Source of the DNA: Tubiluchus corallicola
Lineage: Eukaryota > Animalia > Priapulida
DNA: 64,000 nt
Assembly (NCBI GenBank): GCA_030141605.1
Contig: JAQGDQ010000873.1
Span: 1 to 64,000 of the forward strand
Reading direction: 5' to 3'
Both the position numbers and the translations under genes were made by a program. Under the pieces are notes generated by a model, which had not been told where the DNA came from, searched no databases, and saw only the letters and a list, made by a program, of their open reading frames with translations. Shown here piece by piece: positions 40,176 to 51,785 of the stretch. Position 1 is the stretch's first letter; every line of letters starts with the position of its first letter.

Positions 40176-40282
40176 ATTGCATTAGTTTGCAAAAATGCTT
40201 CTCCGAAGGTGCCTCATGGAATGATGTTCTTCAACATACAAAAAGATACAGAAAGTCAGCAGACAGAATTTTGTGCTATCAC

Positions 40283-40575
40283 TTTGTGTTTCCATTTCTG
40301 TTTCGTGTACATGTGTACACTCATAATTTTTCATTAGGCCTAATAATGCACACTGTGGTTGAATGATTTTTGTACCTTACGTTGTGTACCATTTCCGTTT
40401 CGCGTACATGTGTACAGACAGAATTTTTCATTAGGCCTAATAATGCACACTGTGGTTAAATGATTTTTGTACCTTACTTTGTGTACTATTTCCATTTCAT
40501 GCACATGTGCACACTCAGAATTTTGCATTAGGCCTAATAATGCACATTGTGGTTGAATGCTTTTTGTACCTAAGT
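40283..40575. repeat. 97-bp tandem repeat, three copies
   Basis: ttaggcctaataatg at 40334, 40431 and 40528. Confidence 0.85.
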
Positions 40576-40792
40576 GCGCACTGCTGCTTTTCGTTAAACA
40601 AAGTAAAATTCTGTTTGTTTTTGGTTCATCAAATAAGTAATCTGTAAAATAACACATTTGCTGCTTCACATAACAGATAATAATTGCTAGTGACTTTGTT
40701 TAACTCAAATGTGCAGCACAAAAATGGCTATTTGAGTTATTTTTCGTTGTCATTATGTCGATTGTGCACCCGTTATTTTTGTTGTCTTTTGT

Positions 40793-40968
40793 CGCTGGTG
40801 TAACTTGCATGTCTGTGCAGTTGACATTCCTTGGTTACCAGGTTACATTGTTTTTGTTGCTAATCAAATTTTTTCTCCACATAAGTTTTGGTTGAAATTG
40901 CTTATTATTTTAAACATGTAGATCATTGGAACAGATTTGATAAACGTTACAAGACAATTGCACCTCAT
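40793..40968 (-). pseudogene. 5' fragment of IR-A, second copy
   Basis: Near-identical to 37323-37498, with ATG at 40968. Confidence 0.8.
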
Positions 40969-41508
40969 TTTCACTGTACTGTGCAGCATTTTATTTTATT
41001 TTTTGTATGTTGCTAGCACATTCTGTTTTTATATCTTACTATGGCAGTGACATTGATACCATGAAATTGATGCAGGATGACCAAACACACTTGCTGCTGA
41101 GAAATTTGTGCCTAACAAAAATAAATGGAAGTGATATGTAGCAAATTCATATGCATCAGTAACAGACTGGTGATCGAAAATTTATTTCCATATTGAGACT
41201 TCAGTAACATTTTGATCACGAAACTCATAAACCATTAGTAACGTAAAAGTAAGTTAGTTTAGTCATTTTTGGCACCGTGATTCAAATTTTAATATATTTA
41301 AATAAAAAATAAAGTTGAGTAGATCAGATGCTTCTTTTGCTTCTCTTGACTACCGTTTTGTCATTTGAGTAAAGCGTCGCTGTTAAATTATCAGACTAAT
41401 GTATTGCTAACAGATACAAAAACAATGCGCTTGCAGTCAAACAACGAGGTTGCAGTCATGTTCCTTCTTTTTCACATTTTCCTCATTTTCACATTTCTGT
41501 TTGAGTTT

Positions 41509-42909
41509 TTATGGACCACAGCTTTGTGTTATCTTTTTGTAGAGGCATTCACTGAGAATCGCAAAACATGCAATAATCACGCCTGTGAATAGTATCAAAA
41601 AAGTGAGTGACAATTCAAGGATGCGTATTGTCCGTGCAGCAACATTTTGAGCAGGAGCTTGTAGACATTCTTCACAATGTGCTAGTGACGATGCTATAAT
41701 TTTATTCATCAGTCCACTCTGTAGCATGCTCTTCAATGCTCGGTTGAATGTGTCTACATGCACACTGTCATTCGGAACTACGATGGACATTGGTGACACA
41801 TAATTTTCAGATTTATATGGAGCAAATGAAAACCGGCAACTTTTGTGCAATTTCACATCCTCAGAAATCATTGCCTTTCCATAGAATTCTGATGTGAACA
41901 ATGTGTACCTCTTTGATGCTGTAAGTTCTAGTCCAGTAAAATGATTGTCAGTTGGTGTTTCATCATCATCTTGCATTTTCTTCCACAGCAAGCCAAACTG
42001 TGTATCTGGAGGGCTGCTTCGTAATAGAGCGGTATACGAAAAATTGCCTATTGTCGTTGGTATTATATCTCCGTCAATCAGTTCTTCAATGTTGTTGAAA
42101 GGATACGCTAGGTTGCTTACAAATAATTGACTAGTCAGGATGCCAGCATATATTGCTGTCACAATGAGAACGAAAAACCACCACAGTATAATTAGAATCC
42201 TAGCAGGCCAACTTGCCGGCACGTATGTACCACCCATACGAACCAAAGATCCCACAGAATACTGGATAAAATAAGTCAGGTCTTTAGATTGATGTTTACA
42301 CTTAATTTTTTGTCCATGCCGATCAAGGTAATAAATTATACATGCAGTCATTATGCTGAAGGCAATCAAAAGCATCCATACTGTTAGCGTAAATGGAGAT
42401 GTTAGGTCTAGTGTGTCGTATTGCTTCTGATGAACAATGATAAATGTTTGGGGTGAATACGTAATTGGATACAGGAAAGTCATAAAGTTAAGACGGTGCT
42501 TGTTATAGCTAAATAAACCTAGCAGGAGGTCTACATCTTTGTACGTTGCCACTTCTTCCGGAGTTTTGGTATCAGAAATCCATTGTATCGTATAAGTGAA
42601 ATTTAATGCTTGTTGTAGGTAATCCAGTAATTGAATTAGCATCTCTTCAAATATGTCATTCATCCACATAGCTATGCGAAGTTCTTTTCCTCTTAACGTG
42701 TGGCTTGTTGTTTCGTTTGTGTTTTTACTGCATCCAGCGAAAGATTTTGCACTTCCTTCCATGGCTCCTATAGCTGTTTTAGAGACTCCAATTACAGTTC
42801 TCTTTTCTGTGTCCATTTTTGTATTGTTACTAGTTAATGAGTGCTGAATACTTAATAAGATGATGCATACGCTAAAGATCTTAATTTGGTAACACCGTCT
42901 CACATCCAT
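41509..42909 (-). CDS. Intronless divergent ionotropic receptor IR-B3, 466 aa
   Basis: About 90% identical to IR-B1/B2 by eye, with the same motifs and a one-codon insertion in S1. Confidence 0.9.
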   Translation of the reverse strand: MDVRRCYQIKIFSVCIILLSIQHSLTSNNTKMDTEKRTVIGVSKTAIGAMEGSAKSFAGCSKNTNETTSHTLRGKELRIAMWMNDIFEEMLIQLLDYLQQALNFTYTIQWISDTKTPEEVATYKDVDLLLGLFSYNKHRLNFMTFLYPITYSPQTFIIVHQKQYDTLDLTSPFTLTVWMLLIAFSIMTACIIYYLDRHGQKIKCKHQSKDLTYFIQYSVGSLVRMGGTYVPASWPARILIILWWFFVLIVTAIYAGILTSQLFVSNLAYPFNNIEELIDGDIIPTTIGNFSYTALLRSSPPDTQFGLLWKKMQDDDETPTDNHFTGLELTASKRYTLFTSEFYGKAMISEDVKLHKSCRFSFAPYKSENYVSPMSIVVPNDSVHVDTFNRALKSMLQSGLMNKIIASSLAHCEECLQAPAQNVAARTIRILELSLTFLILFTGVIIACFAILSECLYKKITQSCGP

Positions 42910-43389
42910 CGCAGCACAAATGTAATAATCATAGGTAGGTGCCTTCCATAACCATTACGCTAATGTATCAATACTATAGTTAAGTTAATGGTTTGTCAAT
43001 ATTTATCCGTTAGTGTAGGGCCTTGGAATTTTTCTGATTGGCACATCATTGTATTGATTTCTATTGTGTTAGCTTATGGAAAGCAAAGGTTATGTTAAAC
43101 TCTCTGGTGTGTTTTTGTTAGTCCTGTTTGTATTAGTTTGTATAACCCAATAGCAAATACCATGATAGAGTTCTTGTGTTAACGTAATTGCCACTTTCCT
43201 TTGTTGTGGTTTCAGAGCCTCAGAATTGAGTTTTGCTGAAGCTGAAATGTGAAGTTTTAAAGTATTATTTTTTCACATTTAGCTCTGTAGTAACGTTGGT
43301 GACAAATTTATCAATATTCTTACATCATAAGGTAGTATTACGCTTTATACACTATCATTACCGCAAACGAATAATTATACTGCACTTAT

Positions 43390-44630
43390 TTGCAATGAAT
43401 GAAAGTGCTAAAAAATTTGTACTATTATTGTTTTGTTTATGCTATAGTTGATTGCTTAGGTATGTTTAAGCAAGATTCTGAATTTTGCAAAGCTTTTGTC
43501 ATAAATGTCTTGAGTGGCCAGTTTGATACAGGTTTTTCAAAGCAAAGTTGTGTTTTTCTAGATACAAGTTATCTTTCGGAATGGCTATTAACAAGGTGCA
43601 GGAAATTAATGTATTTGACAACGATGTCAAACAGTAGAAACTGTGTTACGGGAAGTCTGCTGCTATACTTTGGCATAAATCTCTGGAGCGAAGGCCGTGG
43701 ACCTTCCCGTTTCTGTCAGTACTAGAGTTTCAACCGAATATTCTGCTGGCACAGTCGTTCATTCTCATCTTTCTTCCGTAACTTACCGTAGTCTGTATCA
43801 GGAGGACTATTTATCAGCATGTGTTGGACTGTCCATGAGTTCTTGAAGATTGTTGAAAGAGTACTCAAGTTTACTAACAAACAGTTTACTTCTCAGAATA
43901 CCTGTGTAGGTGGTACCTACTGTAATGGCTAATGGCACATCTATTTACCATCCTTGCAGGTGCATCTAGCAAATTACTAGTTTCCAGAATTTTGACACGA
44001 TCATATGAATGTGTGCCAGTGTTTTGTGTTAGTAGTAAAATGTAATGAATTGCTAATGCTACACTTTAAAAGTAGATGCCAACTTCCATGGTAAAAGGCA
44101 TCCTTAGATTTCTAGTTCGTCCTAAATCTGTCATAGGATAACGAATACTTGTGGCGAGTATGCAACTAAATATGTGAGGAATGTGAGGATTCACGTCTTT
44201 CCATTGTTAGGTGAAGTAATGAAATGGTAAATCATTGTCATAATTTTTTTCTTATGTGAAGCCATATATGTATGTTAATTCATATGGGTCATATAAGTAA
44301 AGTCAAAGGATTTGCTCACCCATTCTAGTATTTGTATCAGAAGCACTGATTGGTCCATGAAGCCACTTAAATGGGAGCACTTTAAGACTGTACAACTTCT
44401 GTCTGTTGAATTGTTCCTTCTTGAAATTGGTACAGAGCTTCCTGTCGTGTTTGGTGCTCACAATGTGTAAGAAAGAAAAGTTCATTTCTGTACCTTTCGT
44501 TTTTGGTCAACTTGTTTGTTGACCATAATCTATACCTTTCGTTTTTGGTCAACTTGTTTGTTGACCATAATCTATCTTCGTCTTCTTACGACAGCAAAAA
44601 GTATAAAGCAGTTATAGAAAATTCATGGTC
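43390..44630 (-). pseudogene. Full-length decayed ionotropic receptor pseudogene IR-C
   Basis: Manual minus-strand translation gives collinear IR motifs across frameshifts and stops: LLIQILEWVSKSFDFTY, LVAYSPQVFVI, PFTMEV, AITVGTTYTGILRSKLFVSKLEYSFNNLQELMDS, INSPPDTDYGKLRKK, IAIPKDN...NFALKNLYQTG. It contains a 42-bp tandem duplication at 44491-44574. Confidence 0.85.
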
Positions 44631-45037
44631 TTGTGTTGTCTAGTGGCATTGGGTTACACAGATCTACAAAAATGCTCCTCTAGAAATGTCTCTTGGAATA
44701 ATGTTCTTCAACTAAAAGAAAGACAACGGAATTTTTATTTTGTGCACCATTTCCATTTCATGCATATGTACACTCAGAATTTCATTAGGCCTAATAATTG
44801 GGTAAATGATTTTTGAAGCTAAATGTGCAGTACAAAAGATTCCTATCTTAAGTATTATTTTTATTTTCATTACATTGTTTGTACACTTGTTTTTGTTTGT
44901 TTGCATTTAGTTTTAAATATTTCGAAAATTTTCAGTAGCTTTTTTATTACTTTTTTCTTGGGATTCACAAAAGTCAATGTTTTATTTTATTACATAAATA
45001 AATTTATTAAAACACGTTACACATTTACAAAGTGGGG

Positions 45038-46910
45038 CTAATTTCTACGCCGAAACCGGAGTGTTCTTAGCTGAAATCTTCTGATTCTGTTTTGCCTTCG
45101 ACGTCGCCTGCGTGCTTGAAGCTTACGCTTTTTGATTTGGGCTTTACGACCTGCTTCTTCCATTAACTGGTTTATAATGTCCGCATCATCTGCATTTTCG
45201 ACCAAACTTGCTGTTGTTGCCTCCGTAGTTACTTCAAGAAATAGTGCGCCCGGATCGCGTCTCCTAAGCGCCCGCTCATCCCGTCGCAGCTGCTCTTTCA
45301 AGAATTTGATTTGTTGTTCTAGTTCGATTCGCTTTCGCAGCAGCGCTACTCTTTGTTTTGCTGTCAATGTCTTTTTCTCTGCCCCATTTCTGTCATCGTT
45401 TTCTGTAGTGTTGGCCTCGTCTTCAGACCGTATGCCTACAATGGTTTCTGTCTGGATGTTATCAATTTGTGGAAGCTGATTCTCGCTAGTTTCCTCTTCA
45501 TCTATTGCAGACACTCCGTAAGTTTTGGCATCCTCGTTTGCACTCGTTTGATTAACAATAGTGTTGTTGTATTTCCTTATTACAAGAGTTTCTTTTTCTG
45601 ACAAATTATGTGCATCGTCAGAATGGTAGTTAAAGACAAACGTGTGGTGATGATAAATGTGCTTGTTTGCAGCGTTCTGCAGCAGACTTTGGTTGTAAGG
45701 TGCTTCCGCTAAAGACCTACTCGCTATTATTTCCGCCATAGGATGAAAATTACGATGTCTGTTTGGGGATCGCAGGAAGGTGACGCCTTTGGAGTCGCGT
45801 CTTGAAGGGTTTTCTTTTGCTCGTTCAATGACATGTCCATGTCCTTTGGAGTCGCGTCTTGAAGGGTTTTCTTTTCCTCGTTCGATGACATGTCCATGTC
45901 CTCTATCTAAAAACACCTGTTGCAAAATGATTAAAGGAATGGTATAAATTGTTTAATTTATGAAGTTAAATGATGCTACAGAAAGTGAAAAAAGCTGCTA
46001 TAGAATACGATATGATTATGTCTGCTCACAGAAAAACCACAGAAAAGATTTGGCCCAGTTCCTTCAGCCAGCTGTGAAGTGAAAAAATATACTGTAGAAT
46101 ACAGTGTTGTTACGGCTGCTCGCAGAAAAAATTACACAAACATACCAAAAAAGAAAAAAGTTCAATGGACTTTCCTTATTACAATTTCAAGGAAGTTTGA
46201 ACATTTAAGTTGTAAAGAAAAGAGTAATTTTTAGTGTGGAAACTAAGATTTTTTACAAGGTATCCGGATTTATTTGTTTTGCAGTAGCAATTATGTCAAG
46301 TATTATCAAACAACATTGTTTTATCATTCTTGATCTACGGTGATTTATTTCAAATGCAATATATTTTTAAAAGCAAAATATCACTTTAAACTTGCCATGC
46401 AATTAAGCACTTACATGTTCGAAAATTCTATTATGTTTCATCTTTCTGTCATAATGGATCCAGCTAAACTAACACTATCATTTAAACATTAGTGTTTAAA
46501 TACCTAACTACAAAAAAAAGGAATTAAATGTGTAAACATTTTTTGCAGATTCTAGAAAATCTTAATTCTAGAACTTCAATTGAAATTTAGAAGCAACGCA
46601 GCATTTTATAATCCTAGTAGCATACAAATATAAACCGAGCAAGGTTCTCCGGCTTTGTATAAACTGCTGCTAAAAATATTAGAAAAAGCTGTATGGCAAG
46701 AATTTGGCAGTTTACCTGTTTTTGTAATGAACATATATAGCTGGAAATTATTTTGCTGGTATATATGAAGTAAGCAAGCAAATGATAAGGACACATTTCG
46801 CAAATGGCGAAAAACCAACTGTCTGGTGTACCACTAATTTCTGTTAAGCTTTATCAACTTACCAACAATGTCAGAAGCATGAACGCATAAACCGCACAGA
46901 CTTTCCCCAT
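45038..46910 (-). CDS. Two-exon gene for a 308-aa secreted protein with acidic middle, coiled coil and poly-Arg tail (cluster gene S2)
   Basis: Exon 1 is 46910-46863 (MGKVCAVYAFMLLTLL|gtaagt, phase 0). Exon 2 is 45916-45038 (acceptor ttttgcaacag|VFLDRGHG...). AATAAA lies ~30 nt past the stop. A 57-bp in-frame duplication sits at the mature N-terminus. Confidence 0.85.
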
Positions 46911-47525
46911 ATCTGGTACTCAGGTTCCCTATCAGGTACTGAAATTTAACAGGAGCAGCATTAGCAGAAAAGAATTATTAAATCAAGAAATTTCTCAAAG
47001 TTCAAGCTTGTCTTCTGAAGCTGAAGGGTATCTTTCCAATGGCGTTAATAGTGGTCTTATAGCTGTCAGAAATCAGCATTAGTTACAAGAACTGGGTAGA
47101 ATGCAGCGCTAAATATTGTTTTCATAGACAAGGCTACACACGTTTTTCATTTATCAGGCAGTAAATAAACACGGTCTGAGACAATGATTGAACATGTAAG
47201 AGTTAAAATCGAAATAGAATTTAACAAATGAATTTTCAAGTGGTGAATTGAGTTTAGTTGCCAAACTATACTCATTTCTGTCGCTTAGCTTTTTAATCTT
47301 AAAATGTTTTCCAAGCTTCTTCACTATTCAGATGTGACATCTAACGAAATCTAGATGTTTCCGTAATAACAACAACAGCAGCAACATCAAAGCAATTTCC
47401 AGCAATTCAATTTTTATTCATCTAGCATCGATTTTCTCACACTAAAGCACAAACCTTTCCTTTTGCACAACTTCGTCTGGAATTACAATGATAACCTTCA
47501 TCATAACCTTCACAGAGCTTTTCTA

Positions 47526-48153
47526 TCATCCACGCACCTGGTTGTCACAATCGCCTTGTGGACTGGTCAGATGTATGACACTTGCCACGTCTTTAGTATG
47601 AACTACTTCTGGTAATCCCACGTCTGGATTTTCCAGTAGTTCTTGTGCAGGATAGTATACTGCCCTGCTGATACACTTTCTTACTGTGTCAGCAGAATGA
47701 TGTTTCCCCAAACATTGGCTAGATGTATCATAATACCTATTCAACCCTTTCTTTACGCCTAGTGGGTGCGTTTATAATTGGATTGCTTGATCCAAGGTTG
47801 ATTTACCACGTCCAGTTTTGCTAATTGCGTTTTATCAGGCATGTCTGTTTCTGGGTTATTTGTAGGAGAACTGAATGTGAGAATCCTATTATTCTGGTCA
47901 GTTGTCCAATGTCCTCTTCTGTTATTGATTTTTGTGTAAGTGGATTTCTCTAATAAGAGTTTTTTTAATCCTAATTCAAATAAGGAAATGCAGTATAAAC
48001 TTGCCAGACCGGTCTGGTTTTCCGAGTTTGTTAGAATCCGGTAATTACGTACTGTGATGAGAGAGTTGGAGGAATGTTTATGTCGGATGGTATTTCCTGC
48101 TCTGTGGCAAACATTGTTCAGCTGAGTTCCTGAACTTTGTTTGGATTGCGGGA
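47526..48153 (-). pseudogene. Candidate decayed or unannotated coding exon
   Basis: A 131-codon stop-free frame runs from a cag| at 48154 to TAG at 47761-59. It is missed by the ORF track because it has no early start codon. It abuts the 72-aa ORF 47744-47526 in another frame. No recognisable domain. Confidence 0.3.
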
Positions 48154-49290
48154 CTGCGGTATTAAGTGATTTTAAATATCATTTCGGTATAAGAGATATT
48201 ACAAGTCATTACAACGAATTACCAGAAATATTCTTTATTATTTACTGAGATGGTTTGTGCCATTCTTGCTGGCCACACATTCCTGATTGAAAATGGACGA
48301 TTATCTGTTGTGCTAACAGATATGATTTTAATTTAAAGCTTAATCAAATAATCTTTAATTGGTGTTTAATGTGTGTAAGTCAAGAGGTTAAACTGTGAGT
48401 ACTTATTGCTGAAGTTTGGCTTTTTCAAATAAAGACCTGCATTAACTACACATTTGCTCTGATAGTTCTTAAGTATAGCCATCATTACCACTATCACCTC
48501 GGGATAACATGCCATTTGCTACCACTACTGTGGCTATACCAGCACTACCTGTTACATCATCAGTGTTAGTTTTACCAGTTATCTTCATCTAAACATGGAA
48601 TGACAACTACACACAACCAAACGCGAAACAGTAACATCAAAACTCCTGGCACCATTGCAGAGTGGTGCTGACAGGTGACTACTACTACGAGGGACACAAA
48701 GACATGTTTGACTTTTACTAGCTTTTATTTACAAGCATTTATACTGCTAGTGTAAAGAAAGTAGCAAAGACATGTAAAAAAAGAAACTCAGTTATAGTCA
48801 GTTATATTAAATTATGATGCTGTATAAAGCAATCAAAGTACCCTTGCAAAACTCTCTGAAACACTTTTTATGCTAATTAGATTTGCTTGATGCTCACTAT
48901 AATCCTATTTTATGATAATGATGGCACCATTTCTCATGAGATTTCAGAGCAGGTTGCTTTGATCAAATGTTGTTTAGCATGCTGAATGCCATATAGTAGT
49001 TTTGGGTCAAGGCACTATAGACGATATTAAGGTATCCTAGAATCTACAAGTGAGCTGGCGTCAGGGTGTTTTTCTCAACATTTCTCAATCGTGTGGTTGA
49101 TCGCATAGTCTCACAAATATTATTTCAAAACAGTTCCACTAATTGGGTGATTTGTACACGCGTCTTATTTCTAGTTCTTATCCATGATCTATTTAAGCTA
49201 GAATTAGGAAGGCTAGATACGAAACTGATAAATTGACGACTTGTCCCTCCATTTATGATGTGGTTGTACACTTTTTTTTCCTGTATTAAG

Positions 49291-51726
49291 CTACCTGTTC
49301 CCGTTGTTGTTCTTTGCCAGTTGTTCCATTGTTCTGTCTGCGTTATCGAAGGCTGCTTTGTTATCAGCATTGTCTTCTGCATTGTTAAAAACTGCTCCTT
49401 CGTTATCAGCTTTGCCTTTTACTCCGTTTGTGCTGACATTATCTTGTGCATTGTTGAGAACAGTTTTTTCCGTGTCGTCGTTGTCCTTTGTGCCTAGAGC
49501 CACCAAATGAGCTTCAGCTACGTTCTCCTCCAATGATGGTTTCAACTCAGCACCCAGTTGTGCATAGCCTTCAGGTTCATTGAGTACTTCTACTGCATTC
49601 GCGTCTGCTGTTCCTAGAGCAGCTAGCTCGGCTGTATCTCCTCCATTCAGGTCTTGAGCACTAAGAACTGTCAACTGAAAAAGTTAGGAAATTAAGTTTT
49701 CATTAGAAACGTTGAGTGGCTATCGTGTTGTTGTGGCTTTTTTTCTTATTTTGGTCGTGTGGCTGTGGCGGGGTGAATAACTTCATGTGAATGACGTGGG
49801 TTCGATACTCATTCTGGGTGTTCATTAACCTTGTCTGTTCACCTTGTAGGGGAAGTAGTTTAAACTCAGACACCTCTACCGGTTAAGTAACTCATCTTAT
49901 TCCGGTTCTGATCACGCCACGAACATCTTGTTGAGGAAGGCGTGGTTCTAAGTGCTTTCCACCATGCCGCGTGTTATAAAAAAATTATCAAATGTTTCAG
50001 TGTGCAATATAGCCACCTTTCACACGTGACCAGGGCCCAATTTCACAAAGCTGTCACAAAGTTAATGACGTCGTAATTAATAGTTCAGTGAATGTAGTAT
50101 GGACGTTACAAACTTAGTGGAAGCTTAGTATAAGGGTCCTAGGTCTAAATTATATTTCCATTGAATGAATGAGCTCCTTATTTAAATTACATTGTTCTTT
50201 TATCAAAGATTAATTGCCATTTGCTCTGTATGCCTTTGTGTGTCAATACAGGAAGAGCAAAACAAGATTTGTGTTTTTAGTACAGGGCTTGCTACTGGTT
50301 CTAAAGCTATATATGCGTACACATGCAAGATTTTTTGTAAATAATTTGTTTAATTGTTGACAAGTTTTTTTTAAAATGAATACGTTTTAAGAGAGTTGCT
50401 GTTGAGGTTAGATCTTAAACCGTAGTGGTTTTTAGCGAAAAGCCCCGTCAAGCCGTCTCTCTGTTCAAATATCGGGCAACTTGCGTGAAGTAAAGTTAAA
50501 TGTTAAGCCTAATAAGTATTTAAAAAGCTTTGCATTTAGTAGTTTCAGCAGGATGTTTGGCATTCAAGGCAAAGTGACATTTATAGAAGAAATAGAATTA
50601 GTTAATTTATTAGATTAAATCAGCTTGACCTGCTTTTCCATGGAATTCGTTATGTTCCCCTGATGAGAAACTAGGGTTAGCAATTGTTTCGGTTTTGAAT
50701 AATTTCTTTTTATTTTTCCTTTGCAGACCTTTGTTTATTTCTAGAAAATTTTTGTAAAAGAAACCCGACAACCTTAAATGATATTTTTACTTAACCTGAG
50801 ATAAACTTCACAATTTTTTTTAAATTTTCTCTGTAACAGTAAACATGTCTATGTATCCGTGTTACTAGAACGAGTTCATATATTTTGATAATGTGAAGGA
50901 GTTGACAGACCCGAGATGGTCTATATTTTTTAGTGCAAACTGGTTTTAAGTGACCCATTATACCATGTCCATTATACCCAGTAAGTTATTAGTAAGGTCT
51001 TGAGTTCAAGACCCTGTAGAGAAGCAAAATGTTTTTCAGACTTTAATTTAGAATGCTGCTTAATAGCCTAGATTTGTTGAGAAAAGTACCCCAGTCTAAA
51101 AAAGATTCAGTAAACCTTCTCAGGAACAGACTAAACGAGTAGCCTCAGTATAAACATGCTGAATAGTCATGTTCAGTATCAATGAGCTGAGTAAATAAAT
51201 GGTTTCTAAGCAAACACTTTAAACAATCCAACTAAGTAACAACCCGGTTAGTAAACTATATCAGTGTGAACAAACTAAAGAAGTACAGTACAAAGTGGCT
51301 GAAAAAGTTCCTTGGTGTTCATATACAGTATGGAACTGTTTCAATGTAAGTCTGGATCATTTTTCGTAAACTAATTAGCCTCTTTAGTCCGACGTGTAAA
51401 AAGCCTGCAAATAAGGCTTAATCAAACCATTTCAGTGTGAATAAGAAATAACGTAAATAAACAAGCTGGTGTGTATATCCTCTTTTAACATATTAAGGCC
51501 AAGTAAACTATTTCAATATAAATAGGGTAGCTGAGTAAACAATATCTCATTCTAAATAAGCCTGCTGCATCATTATAAAATTTAAACTATAAGTTTTTAA
51601 TATTAATGATAAAATAATGATAATTAAATATATTGAATTAGTTTTGGTTAAATAGCACGTGCTTAAAATATACACAAAACTTACCAAAACTGCGCACGCA
51701 ACAAGGAAAGTTTCAAACTGGTGCAT
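49291..51726 (-). CDS. Two-exon gene for a 141-aa secreted acidic Asn/Asp/Ala-rich protein (cluster gene S3)
   Basis: Exon 1 is 51726-51685 (MHQFETFLVACAVL|gtaagt, phase 0). Exon 2 is 49674-49291 (acceptor tttttcag|LTVLSAQDLNGG...). It has internal NNAEDNADN-like repeats. Confidence 0.85.
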
Positions 51727-51778
51727 TTTCGTATTCGCTTCTCTGAAATCTAAACGATTGTGCCTTTTCTGCTTCCAG

Positions 51779-51785
51779 TTTTATA
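51779..51785 (-). promoter_or_regulatory. TATA box of gene S3
   Basis: TATAAAA on the minus strand, ~55 nt upstream of the exon-1 ATG. Confidence 0.55.

Noticed and set aside
49760-49830. tRNA gene (box-B-like GGTTCGATAC); similar motifs near 51000 and 58050
   Set aside because: No cloverleaf can be folded. These are probably decayed tRNA-derived SINE heads.
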